64,000 bases of DNA from the human T2T-CHM13v2.0 reference genome, Homo sapiens (GCF_009914755.1 NC_060928.1), one strand, 5' to 3'; counted from the first letter of the stretch, positions 35,640 to 51,720 are shown. A program made the numbers and translations. The notes: generated by a model not told the origin, from the sequence alone.

Positions 35640-37650
35640 AAATCAACTAGAAATGCTATATTTTTAAATAACAAAAATTGAAATTATAAACTCAATCTTT
35701 GTATTTAACTCCAGATTAGATACAGCTGAAGAAGAAAGGCGATAATAGAAAGTTAAGTCAGAAAAAAATCATAGCCACAATAAAGCACAGAGGTATAAAA
35801 TATAGAAAATACAGATGAGAGAGTAAGTGAATATAGAATAGATTAAGAATACTATAAATATGCATATTATATATACATATTATATATATATATATATACA
35901 CATATATAAAACTGAAGAGAGCGATATTTGAAGAGGTAACCATTGTGATATTCTCAGTTCTGTGTAAGACATTTAAATCAGTGATTCCAAAAGCCTAAAG
36001 ATGATGAACTTTCTTAAGAAAGGTGACACATAGACATTACAGTAAAACTATAGAACACCAAAGAAAAAAAGACAAATCATAAAAAGCAACCCCAAGAAAC
36101 AAAATGGCATACCAAGAAAGTCAGAATGAGAGCTAAATTCTTACAGAAATGGTAAAAACTAAAGAGAACACATTATAGACAGCTTTATGCCAACACGTAA
36201 CTTTAAATAAAATGAACAGATTTCTGGAAACGCAAGCATCTAGCAGAACCTACACAAAAAGTAGTATAAAATCTAAAAAGTCTTATAACATTTAAATACA
36301 TTTAATTTATTTAAAAACTTTTAATCAAAGAAAACTTTAGAACTTTTCCAAAATAAAGTAAAAATAACACCAATCTTATACAAGCTCTTCTAGAAAATAA
36401 AATGGGGCTGGAGGCATCTCTTTAGTAGTGTTAAAATATCTCTATCAATTGTTGACACTCCTGTCTTCCAAAGATAGAGACTAACTGTTCTCACTTTACA
36501 CATGGGACCTGTGGGCTGGATTTAATGACGTGCTGTTAATGAACAGAGCTGTGGCAAAGTAATGGTGCATAATATCCAGCATTAGGTCATAAAAGGTATT
36601 GCAATATTTTCATCGTTCTCTTGCTCTTGCAGAATTCAGCTGCCGTGTCATAAGATACTCAATCACTCTTATGGGGATGCTTATATGCCAAGGGGCAGAG
36701 AGAGGCCCCATGACAACAGCCAGCAAAAAACTAAGGCCTCCTGCCAATAGCCACGTGAGTGAGTAATCTTGGAAGTAGTTATGCCAGCCGCAATCAAGCT
36801 TTCAGATGACTACAGCTCTGAACAACATGTTGATTGAAATCTCAGAAAAGAGATTGTGCCAGGATCACCTAGCTAAGCTGTTCTCAAATTATTTGATTAT
36901 TTCATTTCTCTGTTTATTATTGCATATCTTGATTTTCCTATTATCTCAAAGAGCATAAATGTTTGTTGTTTTAGGCAACTAGTATTTTAGCTAATTTATT
37001 ATGCAGCATAGATAACTAATAAAATCCCCAGCTTCTTTTTATGAAGTCAGCATAAACTTAATATCAAAATGTGACAAGGCATTAGAAGAAAGAATAATTA
37101 GTGGTCAGTGTCACTCATGAAAATAGATGAAAAATTCCCGTATAAAATATTATCAAACAAAATTTATCAGAATACTAAAATGGTAATATACCATAATATA
37201 TTGAGTTAATTATAGACATTCAAAAAATCACTGAATGTAATTCATCATATTAACAGTTTAAAGAAGTAAAATTGTATGATCTTTTCCAAAACTGCAGAAA
37301 AGTCATTTACCTTTGGAAAACAAAACAAGAAAATATTTTCTTCAGTATGATAAGGGTTATCTTAAGCACTTGTAGATGGCATAGAGTAAATTAAAATACA
37401 AAAGATTCTTTAGATGAATTGTGATAATAAGTGAATTTGGTATGTGTGCATGATACAAGTTTGCATATTTGTAAATACCAGTAACAAAATATTTCATATA
37501 TTTTAAGATTAATAAAGCAACAAATATATTAACTATCTACAAATATATTTAACATGTGGTGCTCAAACCCTTTTTGAAACATTCTAAAACATTATTTAAA
37601 ATGTTATTGATAAAAATGAAATAAGACTAAAATCAGTGGAGTAATAAACC
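35640..37650 (+). mobile_element. Old L1M fragments interrupted by an MLT1 LTR
   Basis: agattagatacagctgaaga; tttatgaagtcagcataaacttaatatcaaaa; ataaaccatgttcatgg. Confidence 0.55.
36440..37021 (+). mobile_element. MLT1F-like LTR
   Basis: ttaggtcataaaagg...gtgagtgagtaatcttggaag...tttcagatgactacagc...ttatgcagcatagataactaata. Confidence 0.8.
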
Positions 37651-38744
37651 ATGTTCATGGTACCTTTAGTTATTATTGCCTCTAGTTACAATTATATTAA
37701 TTTTATCCATCAAATCTTTTTTCATTTGCATTCCCATTCCACAAAACTGGTAAAACCCATCTTTGTAGAAACAATCTAAATATGGTACCACTTACCAAAA
37801 TGCTCACTTTTGTTCATTTAATTAGTCATATATTGATTACTTAGTATCTGCGATAAACTGTAAACTGTTAGGTTGACACAGATGGACAACATATGTCTCG
37901 TATGTACTGTTCAATAATGAAAACCAGGAAACAATAATTGTAACAGAACACTTTATGTCCTGTAATAGAGTTGAAAGAGGTGTGGTAGTTACAGAAAAAT
38001 GGGAGTTATCAACACAAAGTTCGTTAAAGGAAAATGAACTGAATTTTGAAGTGTTTAGGGGAGTATGATAGACAGTGTAGTGAATATGGTTGTGGGGAAG
38101 ACATTTTCAGTATATGCACCATGCTGAACTTTTTATATTTTTCCAATGAGTGTATACTTCTTGAACTTGAGTTATGTCATAGGTAGTTAGATATATGTCA
38201 CATGCAATTGTATGGACAGTCAATTAGCCAGTTTACCACCAAAAATGCTGGGAGAGAAATCCTGCATTCATTCAGTAAATATACATGTATCAATTATCTA
38301 CAAGTGCCAGGCATTCCAAGAACATTATAATTGCCATTATAATGTACTAAGCTTTGTGGGAAATGATTCAGGAATTATGCAATGATGGACTATTAATTGT
38401 ATAATTTTCAAATGATTGTGCTATGTAAATTTTTGAGGTTAGATGAGAATTTGAATATATTAGAACAAATGGTTTAGACATTTTAATTCCAATACCAAAA
38501 AGCATAATGTCCTTTCCAACAAAAATTAACATGCTATCTTTAATGTAAATATTAAATCTATTCACATTGAAAGCAAATAGTTCTGGATGGCTGAATTTTC
38601 TTAATTGTAGAGAGTGGTACCTTTCCATACTTAATATTGAGAATAATATTGTTTTTATGAAAGTGTTTCTCAAGTGAATTCTAGACCTCAGATTTGGAAA
38701 ATCCCCTGCTAATGAAAATATGTTTATTTGTCGTCATTTAGACA

Positions 38745-38900
38745 TTTTGATTGAGACAAATGAAGATTTGGGGTCTTCATTTTGCTGCTTAATAGTGCTG
38801 TGATGTTGAGTTCATTTTCAAACATTTTTGAGTCTTTGTTTTCTTATATGTAAAATAAATATTGTACTATATTTTAAGGTTTTGAAAATCAAAAGAATTA
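38745..38900 (+). mobile_element. MIR relic
   Basis: gctgtgatgttgag...tgagtctttgttttcttatatgtaaaat. Confidence 0.5.
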
Positions 38901-40108
38901 TAAAAATAAAGAGTTGTATATTGCAAAGCAATATATATTGTAAAACAATATATATCAGACAGCTATATATAATATGATATATATGATTAATAATAGGCTC
39001 TTTGAGAGAAGAGGTTTTGCCTTATTTAATCATTAAATTCCCTGATGTAGCCGGGTGACTTGTGTAATGAAGACCATGTGGAAGAGTTCCACAGGATGTA
39101 TGTTACAGGCTTACCACACTGATTCCTTTCTGACATTTACAATTTAGCATTTGCTATTTAAAATGGCCATGAGAGTATATGTAACATACGTTGTCCTTGA
39201 TAAGAATATGACTTGGTAAATAAAGAAGAGGACTCCAGTTCTCTGTCAAAAAAGTTTCTGCAGGAGATATCAAAAGACAGGACATAAAAGTTTTGTTCAC
39301 TTGGACCATTTGCTCTCCGGTTAATGCATGTATTTTGAACTACCTGACATCCTTTTCTTTCAGCCATCAGAATGCCAATAAAAAACTTTAAGGTCCAAAA
39401 CCAATCTGAGACTCTATTTGGTGATTCAAATATGTGCAAAGTTAATTTCACCACTCTTATTTTTTAGTGTCTGGAGGATCCATTGTATATACAAATTTCA
39501 CTGACTATTGAATAAGTGTCAATCCTCCAGACTTACTAAAACTATAAAAGTAATGCAAACCAAGACTAGTTAAAGCCGTCACGTCAGGACTACAGCCGAC
39601 CACCCTACTGGCCTGTTAGTTCCCTTTCCCAGCTATACTCTGGGAATATTAAACTAGCTTCATGTTAACTACACAGAGAAAAATGAGGCAGGGGAGGGTG
39701 TCCTCAGAAAGGCCTAATAACCCTTAGTGTCCATAGTTGGGACTGTATCCTGTACATTGCCCTTAATATTTTTAGAAGCAGAAAAATAATAGACCTTCAA
39801 AGCTCTAAGTACAAAAAGAAATCTGCTGCACCCTTTCTGCCATTTCTCATTCAAAAGTATTACAATATACACAAGCTTGCACAGTGACAAGGAGCAAAAC
39901 CAAGTTCTGATTTTATTCTTTTCCTTGAGGACTACTTAAATGAATTTTTTTGAAATACAAAATACACTTTCAAAAATGATTGTCCTAGTATTTCTGTGCC
40001 TGCTTTCCTGGTGACATAAAGCACACGTTTAGGCTCTCCTAATGTATTTAGAACAGAGTAGTTATTGCAGCATTTTATTTTATTGAAGGTTAAAACAAAT
40101 AACTTTTT

Positions 40109-41678
<1,570 letters not shown>

Positions 41679-44600
41679 TAACTTTTTAAAGTGATATGTT
41701 AATGTACTTATGGTAAACCCACATCACTGTAAGGGGTGGAGTAAAAACACTGTTTAAAATATTTAGACTAATCTGACTAATCTCTAATCTCTTAACAACT
41801 ACAGTTAGGAGATGAGCTTTTTAAAAAAGACAGGGAATCAGAATAGATATTAATAACAACTCTCAATAAGTATTTAATAAGACAAAGTTTATCTTGCCAC
41901 AGGATTTGTAAGCATCAATTCTTCTTGCAACAGTCTTTGGAGCAGCAAAAAATTGAGACAGCCTAAATCTGAGAATTAGTTTGGAAGGAAGCACATCAAT
42001 CACCTCAATAAGAGCAATAGATAACACATTATTCATACTGGAAAATATATATATTATATGGGCCACTTACATGGTCACTGATACTCCCCAAAGGAAAACT
42101 TTTTAGATGAGATGTTCAATTTCCTCCTGCATTCCAAGCTACTTCTACTTTATTGATGTACTTATGAAGGGACAGAAAGAAAACTAGTGAATAATAATTT
42201 TTGTCACATGAAATTTTAATTCTCATATAGATTATATATATGAAAAAATAATACTTTCATGTAATCGACATGTGTCTCACTTAGTTTATTGGTGTTAAGT
42301 GATTTTCTGAAAAGTGTCTCTTAACTCACATAGAATTGAAGGATAAGTGATTGGCATAACAACTATTTAACCTCAGTGACAAGCTAAACATTTAAAAGTA
42401 GCTTACTTTTCCCAGGATACATATTATGAAATATAAATGAGGACTGATGGCAGCCTGAATTAAAAAAGTCAATAATCCTCCACAGAACATTTCAAACCAT
42501 TTGTTACAGGCATTTTTAGCTAGGAAGTGCACTCTATAAACTTGTCTTTTTCTTTCTATTGGCAACACATGAAAAAAAGAAACTGATAAAGACTACCAAA
42601 GTGTTGTCACATTGGATTTAGGATCCAATTTGCATGGACTACCATGAAAAGCTTTAAATAGGCTCCTAACATTTTATGAAAATGTGATATTTAAAGATCA
42701 GCTTCTATACACTAAATAATTCCATATGATATTTGATGTCTTGCTAATATAGCTCAGGAAATGCCTTCAACCTAAATAGTTTAAACTAATTGGGTTACTT
42801 TATATAATAATATCCAATACAATCATATAATATAAACATCAAATAATTTATTATGTATATATTAATACAGGAACATTATAAAAAGTTGACATTACATATT
42901 AAAATTTATTCTACAAAAATGTAATCAAGTAAACTTCTATTACCTAAAATGGAAGGAGATACCAAAGGATGTAAATATATATATTTTATTCAAAAATTAG
43001 GTAAAGTATAAAATTTGATTTATTTTTGAGTTTTAAGATAATAATATATAGCTATTCACTGAGCAACTCCTGAGCATAATACATTGTGCTGGTAACTTTC
43101 TCCATCACTCACTTGCTCTCTTTTCTATATTACACATCCAATGAGTGATAGGTTCGAGTTGAAACTAGCCAAGTGGAGCATTGAAAAAAAAATACATTCT
43201 TAGCTTAAATTGTCTCATATGGTCCTAATAATATAATATATGTCTTTATAAAAGTGTCTACTGGAATTTGACTACTTGGCATCCACATTCATTAAATTAT
43301 GAATTAGATTGTTAGCTATAATGTATAAGGCATATTAGAGATCCTGGAAAAAAATCATATTTTAAAAGTAAAGGTCAAATAAATTAGCGCATTTATAGTA
43401 TTTCAGAGCAGTATTAATAATGCATCTCAAATATATGTAACTTTTCAAGGAAACTGAACTATTGCTCAGTTTAAAAACGACATCATCATTTAAATAAATC
43501 AAACAAATCTAATAAAATTTTATTTAGTTCATCTGATGGTTCTTAGAGCATCAAATGTAAATAATCAGATACTATATACACATGACCAATTGCTCTAAGA
43601 ATACATAAGACTAGTACATTTTAACATTACACAAATTTAGAAATGAAGGTGAGGTTCTGATACTTAAAAAAGTAGAAATGAAAAATGGAGGAAACTAAAT
43701 AAAATAAAGTATATTTACATTTACACAGGTTTTTCTTTCTGGAAACTTTGGTGTTTATATGGAATCCTTGTAAACATTTATCATCCGAAAACCATGATGT
43801 GTCTTATGATGATAGTAGGAAAAAAAAAGGAAGGGTAGATAGATATATTTCTCAAAGGCCCACAGCAACTTAACTGCATTAGACTAGACCAGTACTTCTC
43901 TCTACATTAGGAAGAATCTAATAGAATTTATTTAATGTAATGATGCTTCTAATCCAATATTAGAAAGATTCTAATGTGAAAAAAAAATCTCTGTAAGGCT
44001 AAGTCTTACTTTTTTCTCATTCTTCATACTTTCATACACTGATCTTTCTTTAGAAGTTTCTGCATTATTGCCGCAGAGTATGGAGACAGCATAACTGGCT
44101 GTTTTGGAAGCCTGAATTTAGTCAAGAGGCAGGGATCACTGACCCAATACAGTGACTTCATTCTAACTGAAAACAAAAATGAATTTAAGGTGAATCGTCA
44201 GGTCACTGGTAAGTAAACAACTAAGCACTGACTATTTTTTCCTTTTTCTTGATGCTATTATCTTGTATTCTTTTGAAGAATTCTATCATGGCTCTTCCAC
44301 AAATTATTCACACAGCTGCAACTGTTCGAAAAGGTTCTAAGAAAGCTTGAGGGTAAGAATATAAATGTCTCTGAAGTAGTGCTGACTCACAGCGGCAGCT
44401 GGATTGTTCTGTTTGTATTATGACTTCCTTTGTCATTAAAGCAACTTTCCTATGAAAAATTACAGACTCGGTTTAATAAATATTTTAAATGCTACTGAGC
44501 TTGTCCAATGCCTTTTGTCTGACATTATTAAAGCCATCAATTTCTCTTTAACTTTGTCCCAAAGCAGTCTTTTTATATTCATGACTTTCACACTGCCTCT

Positions 44601-45229
44601 TGTCAATATTACAAAACTCTCTGATCACATTATTGCAGTCTTCATGAAAGTGTAGAGGATGCAACAAATGTTGGAGGCAAAATATAAATTAAGAGCAACA
44701 TTCTTAGGGTCATAAACTTCGGTGAGTTTTTTTAATTGGGTCTTCCTATTTATCATATGACATTGTAAGAAATTACAATGCTTTAACCTATTTTGAAAGA
44801 GACAGTTCACCCTAATTTAATTAACTTAGATGTAGTCTACTAATATTTAAAGTTAGTGGCCTTTTTAATCCTCAATTTCAAAGTCTCAAAAGTCACCATT
44901 TTAAGAAATGCTCTCTGAAACACAAAAGAAAATATAACAAAAGCGTTTCAGATGATAATACACAAGATGTCGTTTCTCTAAACCTAAAGAAAAGAAAGAA
45001 TAAATGAGAAAAAAACATAGCCTGGCACATGCTGGATGATGCTGGTTTCTTTTTGACAGATTTTATTTAATTTTATTTAATGTATATCTAATTTAGAGAT
45101 CAGGAGTTCTCAAAGTGATTATTTGAGGCAGGAGTTGTGTAGCTGATATGTTACAGTAACCTCCTCCTAAGCAGAAAATTTGAACGCATCTCTAATACTT
45201 TCTGCTATGCTGTAAGGGATAAAATATCC

Positions 45230-45365
45230 CATTTCTGAGTCTTGATTTCTCCATTTGTAAAATTTGAAACTCTTCTGAGGATTAAATGGACTAAAGGAAA
45301 CACTCTCTGGTAAATTCCCAGCCCATTGCTAGGCATGAGTCAGCAAGCAAAGGTTTGGTGTCTAC
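45230..45365 (+). mobile_element. MIR relic (a second one lies at about 46045-46190)
   Basis: tctgagtcttgatttctccatttgtaaaat...gaggattaaatg. Confidence 0.55.
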
Positions 45366-46411
45366 TCACATGTTTTGTTGTTTTTGAAAATATGAGGGGT
45401 TTTTCTGCTGGCTACACAGAGAATGTCTAAGACTTAATAAGAGGAACAGAAAATGTGTTTAATTTCACTTGTCAATACCAACTGATTAGTAGAAATGAAC
45501 TTAGATGGGAATCGAACCTGTCTAAGCCCATGAACTGTTTCAACACGCAAGAAAACTATAATTGATCAACAATGTTTGTCAAGACTAGAGGGAGGAAGTG
45601 GAAGCATGACGTATTCCAAACTGGTTAAATGTTCCAGATGCAAATGTAAACCCTGTCTAAATACAATCTAGGAATAGATTTAGTCAAAGCTGTGTCTAAA
45701 CACATTTTAAACAGATCAAACACCTTCTCAGCTCTTTTTTTAACTCACATTTGCACCTCAATAGTGTGTTTGTATATATATACCCTGTAAATAGCCAATT
45801 TTTGCAACTAGAAGGTAATGAAAGCATTGCATTAGGGCTTAAACATAAAGAAAACATTTGTCTTTCAATATTATATTAAAATGTGTTGCAAAATATATAT
45901 GATTCTGGAAGCTTTTGTTTATAACTTTTCTTACAGCTAGTTCTCTAGCTAGCCTTATTTTCTACCACCGTTTGTGTAAGAAACAGAAGAATTTTAACAA
46001 CATGTAAGACTATAAAATATAACATGTCTTGCATCAGACAGGATTACTCAAGACGAAGATTTTGATTACAAGCTATAACTGACTAGCTCTGTGATTTTGG
46101 GATACTCACTCCAACTCTATGAGTGCTTGTTTACTCATTTGTAAAATGAACATTATGAGGAAAGAATAAGACAACACTTTAAAATATAAAAACTATGCAG
46201 ATAGAAATGAATTCACGACAATATTGTTGAAGATCTTTTCAACAGAGTAGATGATAAAAATTACTAATATTAGATAATTTTGCTCAGGAAGTTTTATTGC
46301 AAACTAATATATGTAAAAAAGCAAAAAAAACCCACTAAGATTTAGCGGGTTATAGTCATCCATATTTATACAAACTTAGTTCGTATTTCTCGGTAAAAGA
46401 TTATATATATA

Positions 46412-46447
<36 letters not shown>

Positions 46448-47504
46448 CCTGGATTAAGTTTATTTTATCAAAATGAAGTAATTTCTTTAGAAACTACCTA
46501 ATTTGTCTTAGAACAATTTTTATATAAACTGATAAACCGAGAGTTATAAATATAGTTTCCTAATTTCAGAATGAGCTTCTTAATGGGAATTGTAAATGAA
46601 CTCTACTTGTACTTGGAAGTTCTCATGTAATACTGAGCTACAAAATTAATTTGATAAAGTCGTGTGGATAATTAATTTTTGAAAAAGCACTCTTAAATAA
46701 AGCAATAGTACCCTTGTTTGAGTATCATCACTTTATACTTTAACCAACAACTTTCAAAAGAAATCTTTAAAATACAAAACTACAAATAAAAGAGCAGCCT
46801 TAAAAATTATATATAAATCATAATAAGCCTAAAACTTGCTAAACAAAGATAAAATATTTCTGCACCTTTACACAATTTATGTAATTTTTCCTCATTTTTT
46901 ATTATTAAGTATGCTAGAATTTTTAATCTTCAGTTTTCAAATCTATAAAAAATTTCATGACAAGCATACTAAACTAACTCCAAATACAGGAGAGTTATGC
47001 TGTTATTTTACACTTAGTAAAATTAAAAATGTTTAGAATATTCCCTAACTTGACAGGCATTACCATAGATAATTTTGGGAGAATAAATTGCTACAAAATT
47101 TTAGCACAGCAATATAGCATTATCTACCCATTTTTAAATGCATGTGATTTTTAATGTAGTGATTCTTCTTTGATTAAGCTAATCTAAAGAAATTAAAGCA
47201 CCAGTATGTAAGTACAAGGATGATTATGTACACACTGCATATAAGAGTAACTTGTGAAATCTGAGTCATCAATATTAAAATTGAACAGATTATCATACTA
47301 TCATACTGTGAAATTTTATTAAACAACAAAAAAGAATGAGCTAAGTTACGTATATTGCATATATTGCCCAAAAATAAATCTAAGATATCTTAAATGAGAA
47401 AAATCCTGAGTAACTTATAGAGAATAAGCCCATATTTGAGAATCTAACACGTGCATATGTGTTATATGTGCTCATATAAGTTATATAAACTGAACCTTAA
47501 GGTT

Positions 47505-47560
47505 CAGTCATGTGTCGCTTAAAGATGGGGATGTTTTCTGAGAATGTGTCCTTAGGAGAT
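47505..47560 (+). mobile_element. Isolated Tigger3 terminal fragment
   Basis: cagtcatgtgtcgcttaaagatggggatgttttctgagaa, homologous to the start of the element at 49322. Confidence 0.75.
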
Positions 47561-47569
47561 AAGCCCATA

Positions 47570-48025
47570 TGTTCCTCTGCAAATAAGTGGTTAAACAAAC
47601 TCTTTTACGTACATACCATAGAACACTATACAGCAATAAGAGCTATGAACTGTGGATATTTGCAACAATGCAGATGGATATCCAGATAATTATGCTGAGT
47701 GAAAAACGTTTTATAAAACAATCCCAGAAGGATGTACAGTGTATGACTCCATTTATATAATATTCTTGAAATAATAAACTATCGAAAGGAAGAGCAGATT
47801 AGTGGCTGTCAGCAGTTAATGAGTTGGTGGGAGTAGGAGAGAGCTCAGTGTGGCTCCAAAAGGGTGTCACTAGGGCTTTTGTGGTGATGAAACTCTTCTG
47901 CAACTTGACTGTATCAATGTCAATATGGCAATCTAATGTGCTACAGTTTTACAGGATCTTTCTGCATTGTTACTTAAAACTGCATAAGAATTTACAGTTA
48001 TCTCAAAATTAAAAAGTGTAATTAA
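47570..48025 (+). mobile_element. L1MC1-like 3' end
   Basis: attatgctgagtgaaaa...ccatttatataatattcttgaaat...aaaactgcat...ttatctcaaaattaaaaag. Confidence 0.75.
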
Positions 48026-48824
48026 ATATTTTTGGTCTACTTTAAAGAAACATAATTTATATCAGTAGTAAAGACAAGTCTACACTGAGTAGCTCAAAGA
48101 AAAATGCCACCCCACTGGAACTCTCAAAATGTTACTCTTAACTTTCTCACTCAATCCTCTGTTCCTGGTCCCTAGATACTCTCTGCGTCCACACCGTTCT
48201 GGTTCCCTCTGATTGTATTTAATATAGTTCACTGCTATTCCACACTATTAGTGGAAAAGTGGCTGCTGGCACCAACAATTCATAGAGGTCATCTCTCAAT
48301 ATGCCACCTTCTAGTAAAAATAGCATGCTTCCTATAAGTTCATTTGAAAGCAATGAAGTCACTATTTATCTAGCCCAATTAGTAAACTGGTAGCCCTCTG
48401 TGACTTTTCACTCTAACTCATTAGTAACTCTCCCAACCAACCCCAATCCAGTTATTTATGGCAACATATTTATTATCAATTTTATCTCAATTTTTCACAT
48501 TTTTCTTCCTTCAGTTTAGGCCTTCACTATTTCTAGCCTTTGTGCAAAACCTGTGAACTGCTCTTCTTCTCAACAGCCCTGCACAAATCCATTCTTCATT
48601 CTTCATACTGCCGACAAAGTTATTTTAAAATTGAAAGTATTATGTTGCAACTAATCTAATTAAAATCCTTTACTGCATTCTCCGTTTCTCAGATTAATAT
48701 CCAAACTACTCAACCTAAAATATCCTTCATTACCTGGTCTGTATTAGCTTCTCAAGATTTATATATGGTGAATCTCTTCGTAAAAGCCTGCATTGATGTT
48801 TCTAATCTATATCCTCTCCTTTTT

Positions 48825-49040
48825 CCTCTTCCTAATTAGACTCCTCTTTCTAATAACTCTTAACTTTCTGATGACTCCTAAAATAACTGCTGTTTCCTTC
48901 TATTTCCTTCCATCCTCCTCCCTGTTCTTTCTTCTCCTTTGCTTTCTCCTTCTATTTCTTCTCTCTTTCCTCTTCTTTTTTTCTTACTTTTCTTCATTGT
49001 CCTTTATCTCTTCATTCATCCTCTACTCTTTCCACTTTTC
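48825..49040. repeat. CT-rich low-complexity tract
   Basis: Directly visible. It accounts for the F/L/S-rich ORF 48793-49116. Confidence 0.8.
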
Positions 49041-49321
49041 AAATGTACATTTTAGTTTTAAAATTGTCACTTCTAATTTCATTATTTTTGAACAGACAAT
49101 GCATTCACATGGTTGAAAAGCTAAAACATACAAAAAGTACACTGTGAAAAGTCTCCCTCTCATTTCTATCTTACTGTTTTCTACTTCTCTCTCTTCCTGT
49201 AAGCAAATTAATTCCTGTAAGCAAACTGTTAATGGTTTCTCATGCATTTTGAAGGAGATTTTATGTATAAACTTATAAATATAATTATGCATAATATATA
49301 TATCATATGCATGTAAAATGT

Positions 49322-50766
49322 GTTCATGCCTTACTTAATGAAGGTGCTACGTTCTGAGAAATGTATTGGTAGGTGATGTTGTCACCATGGGAAGCTCATT
49401 CTGTAATTACACAAACCCAGATGCTATAGCCTATTTACACACCTAAGCTATATGGTATAGTCAATATAGCTCCCAGGCTACAAACTTGTGCAGTATCTTA
49501 CTGTACTGAATACTGCAGGCCAAGCTTGTCCAACCTGTAGCCCCCAGGCCACATGCGACCCAAGACAGCTTTCAATGCAGCCCAACACAAATTTGTAAAC
49601 TTTCTTAAAACATTATGAGTTTTCTTGGTGTGATTTTTTTTTTCTTTTAGCTCATCAGCCATCATTAGTGTTAGTGTAGTTTATATGTGGCCCAAGACAA
49701 TTCTTCTTCCATTGTGGCCCAGGGAAGCCAAAAGATTGGACACCCCTGCTGTAGACAATTGTAGCATGATGGTATTTATATATCTAAACATATAAAAGGT
49801 GAAGTAAAAGTAAGATATAATATAAAAGATGGTACTCCTGTATAGCGCACTTACCACGAATGAAGCTTATAGGATGAGATGTTGCTGAGTCAGTGAGTAT
49901 GTGGTGAGTGAATATAGAGGCCTAAGACATTATTATACACCACTGTACACTATAAACACTGAACACTCAGGCTATATTAGATTTATAAAAAAACTTTCTT
50001 TCTTCAATAATAAATTTTCCTTAGCTTACTGTAACTTTGTTACTTTTTAAGCTTTTTAATTTTTTCAACTTTTTGACTCTGTAATAACACTTAGCTTCAA
50101 ATATACATTGTACAAATGTACAAATTTTTTATATTTTTATTTTATAAGATTTTTTTCTGTTTATACAATTTTTTAATTTTAATTTTTCCTTTTTAAACAT
50201 TTTTGTTAAAAATTAAGACACAAACTCACACATTAGTTGAGCCCTACACAGGGTCAGGGGACCTGTGTAGGTCCTGTCTTTATCTATATCACTGTCTTCC
50301 GCCTCCACGTCTTGTCTCACTGGAAGGTCTTTCAGGGGCAATAACACACATGGAGTTGTCATCTCCTGTGACAACAATGCCTTCTTCTAGAATACCTACT
50401 GAACTACCTGCCTAAGGCTGTTTTACCGTTAACATTTTTTTAATTAATAGAGGAAGTACACTCTAAAATGACACTAAAATGCGTAGTAAACATATAAGCC
50501 AGTAACATAGTCATTTATTATTATTATTATCAAGTATTATGTAGTATACATAATTGTATATGCCATACATTTGTATTACTGGTAGCACAGTAGAATTTTT
50601 ACACCAGCATCACCACAGATGTGAGTAATGCATTGTACTGTGACATTACAATAGCTACGACGTCCCTAGGGAATAGGAATATTTCAGCTCCATTATAAAC
50701 TTATAAGACCACTATCTTACATGTGGTTCATCATTGACAGAAATGTTGTTGTGCAGTGCATAACTG
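49322..50766 (+). mobile_element. Tigger3b-like TcMar DNA transposon
   Basis: tacgttctgagaaatg...acacctaagctatatggtatag...gaaatgttgttgtgcagtgcataactg|ta. Confidence 0.85.
49521..49748 (-). mobile_element. MER30 hAT MITE nested in Tigger3
   Basis: caagcttgtccaacc...ggaagccaaaagattggacacccctg. Degenerate 8-nt TSD ctgcaggc/ctgtagac. Confidence 0.88.
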
Positions 50767-50771
50767 TATTT

Positions 50772-50832
50772 TAGATGATAGATAGATAGATACATAGATA
50801 GATACATAGATAGATAGATGATAGACAGATAA
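50772..50832. repeat. (GATA)n compound STR
   Basis: Directly visible. Confidence 0.9.
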
Positions 50833-50974
50833 ATATTTGTTACAGGAATTTGACCTTACAGAATTCAACTGCAGGAGCTGGAAAAAGTATCTCTGTAAGA
50901 CTCTTATCTTCCTGTCTGATTTTGGAGCTTGAAGTTCACAGAACTGGCAGTCAAAATGGGAAGATAAATGGAAA

Positions 50975-51235
50975 GTGAGAGAATAGGTAAATCCACAGAA
51001 AGAGAGAGTAGATTAGTGATTTCCAGGAACTGCATGGTTTGAGATGAATGCCTGGTGGCTGTTAATTGGCTCAGGGTTATTTTTTGGATTGGTGAAAATG
51101 TTATCGAGTTAAGATAGTGGTGAGGATTGTAAAACTCTGAGGATATTCCAAAAAACACTAAATTGTGCACTTTAACAGGGAATTTAATGGGGTAAACATT
51201 GTAGCTCAAAAAACTGAACAATAATAACAAGGCAA
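50975..51235 (+). mobile_element. L1MB-like 3' end
   Basis: taggtaaatccacagaaagagagagtagattagtg...aattgtgcacttta. Confidence 0.7.
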
Positions 51236-51299
51236 AAAAAAAGAAAGAAAAGTGTATACAGTATGTTTTCATTAGTGTGAAGAAAAAGCAAAAAATAAT

Positions 51300-51720
51300 A
51301 GTAGCTTATAAATGTCTCAACTTGGCTAGGCTGAACTATATTCCCCAGAATTCTTTTTCTTCTACATTTCCACTTAGGGTGGGTCATATTTAATTTTGTT
51401 CAAAGTTTGGAGGGCAGAAGAAAAATTAAAGTCACTTTGAGTGCTGGGGCACAGTCACTATGTAACCTTGTAGCCCACACACATTGTTGCAAAGCTAAGG
51501 CACGTGTTGTAGGTGTGGAACAACAGTCTGCAAGTGTTCCACTTTCCCTCAGCTTTGCCAATTCCTGGGCATGGCATGCATCTGGTTCTGTCCAATGGGA
51601 GCCAGAATCTCAGGACACCCACCTTACTGAGAGTGGAGGCGATGAGAATGGACATGGGTACTAAGCCAATCTCATGGACTCCAGTTCATGCTCATGGTTT
51701 TGCAATTTTTCTTGCTCTTC
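51300..51720 (-). mobile_element. Old ERVL-class LTR (LTR33/LTR41-like) fragment
   Basis: cttggctaggctgaactatattccccagaattc...tttccacttagggtggg. Family assignment from memory. Confidence 0.5.

Noticed and set aside
39158-39454. 98-aa ORF and a plus-strand acceptor-like ttttctttcag followed by AATAAA
   Set aside because: No supporting gene structure, and such motifs are frequent in AT-rich DNA.
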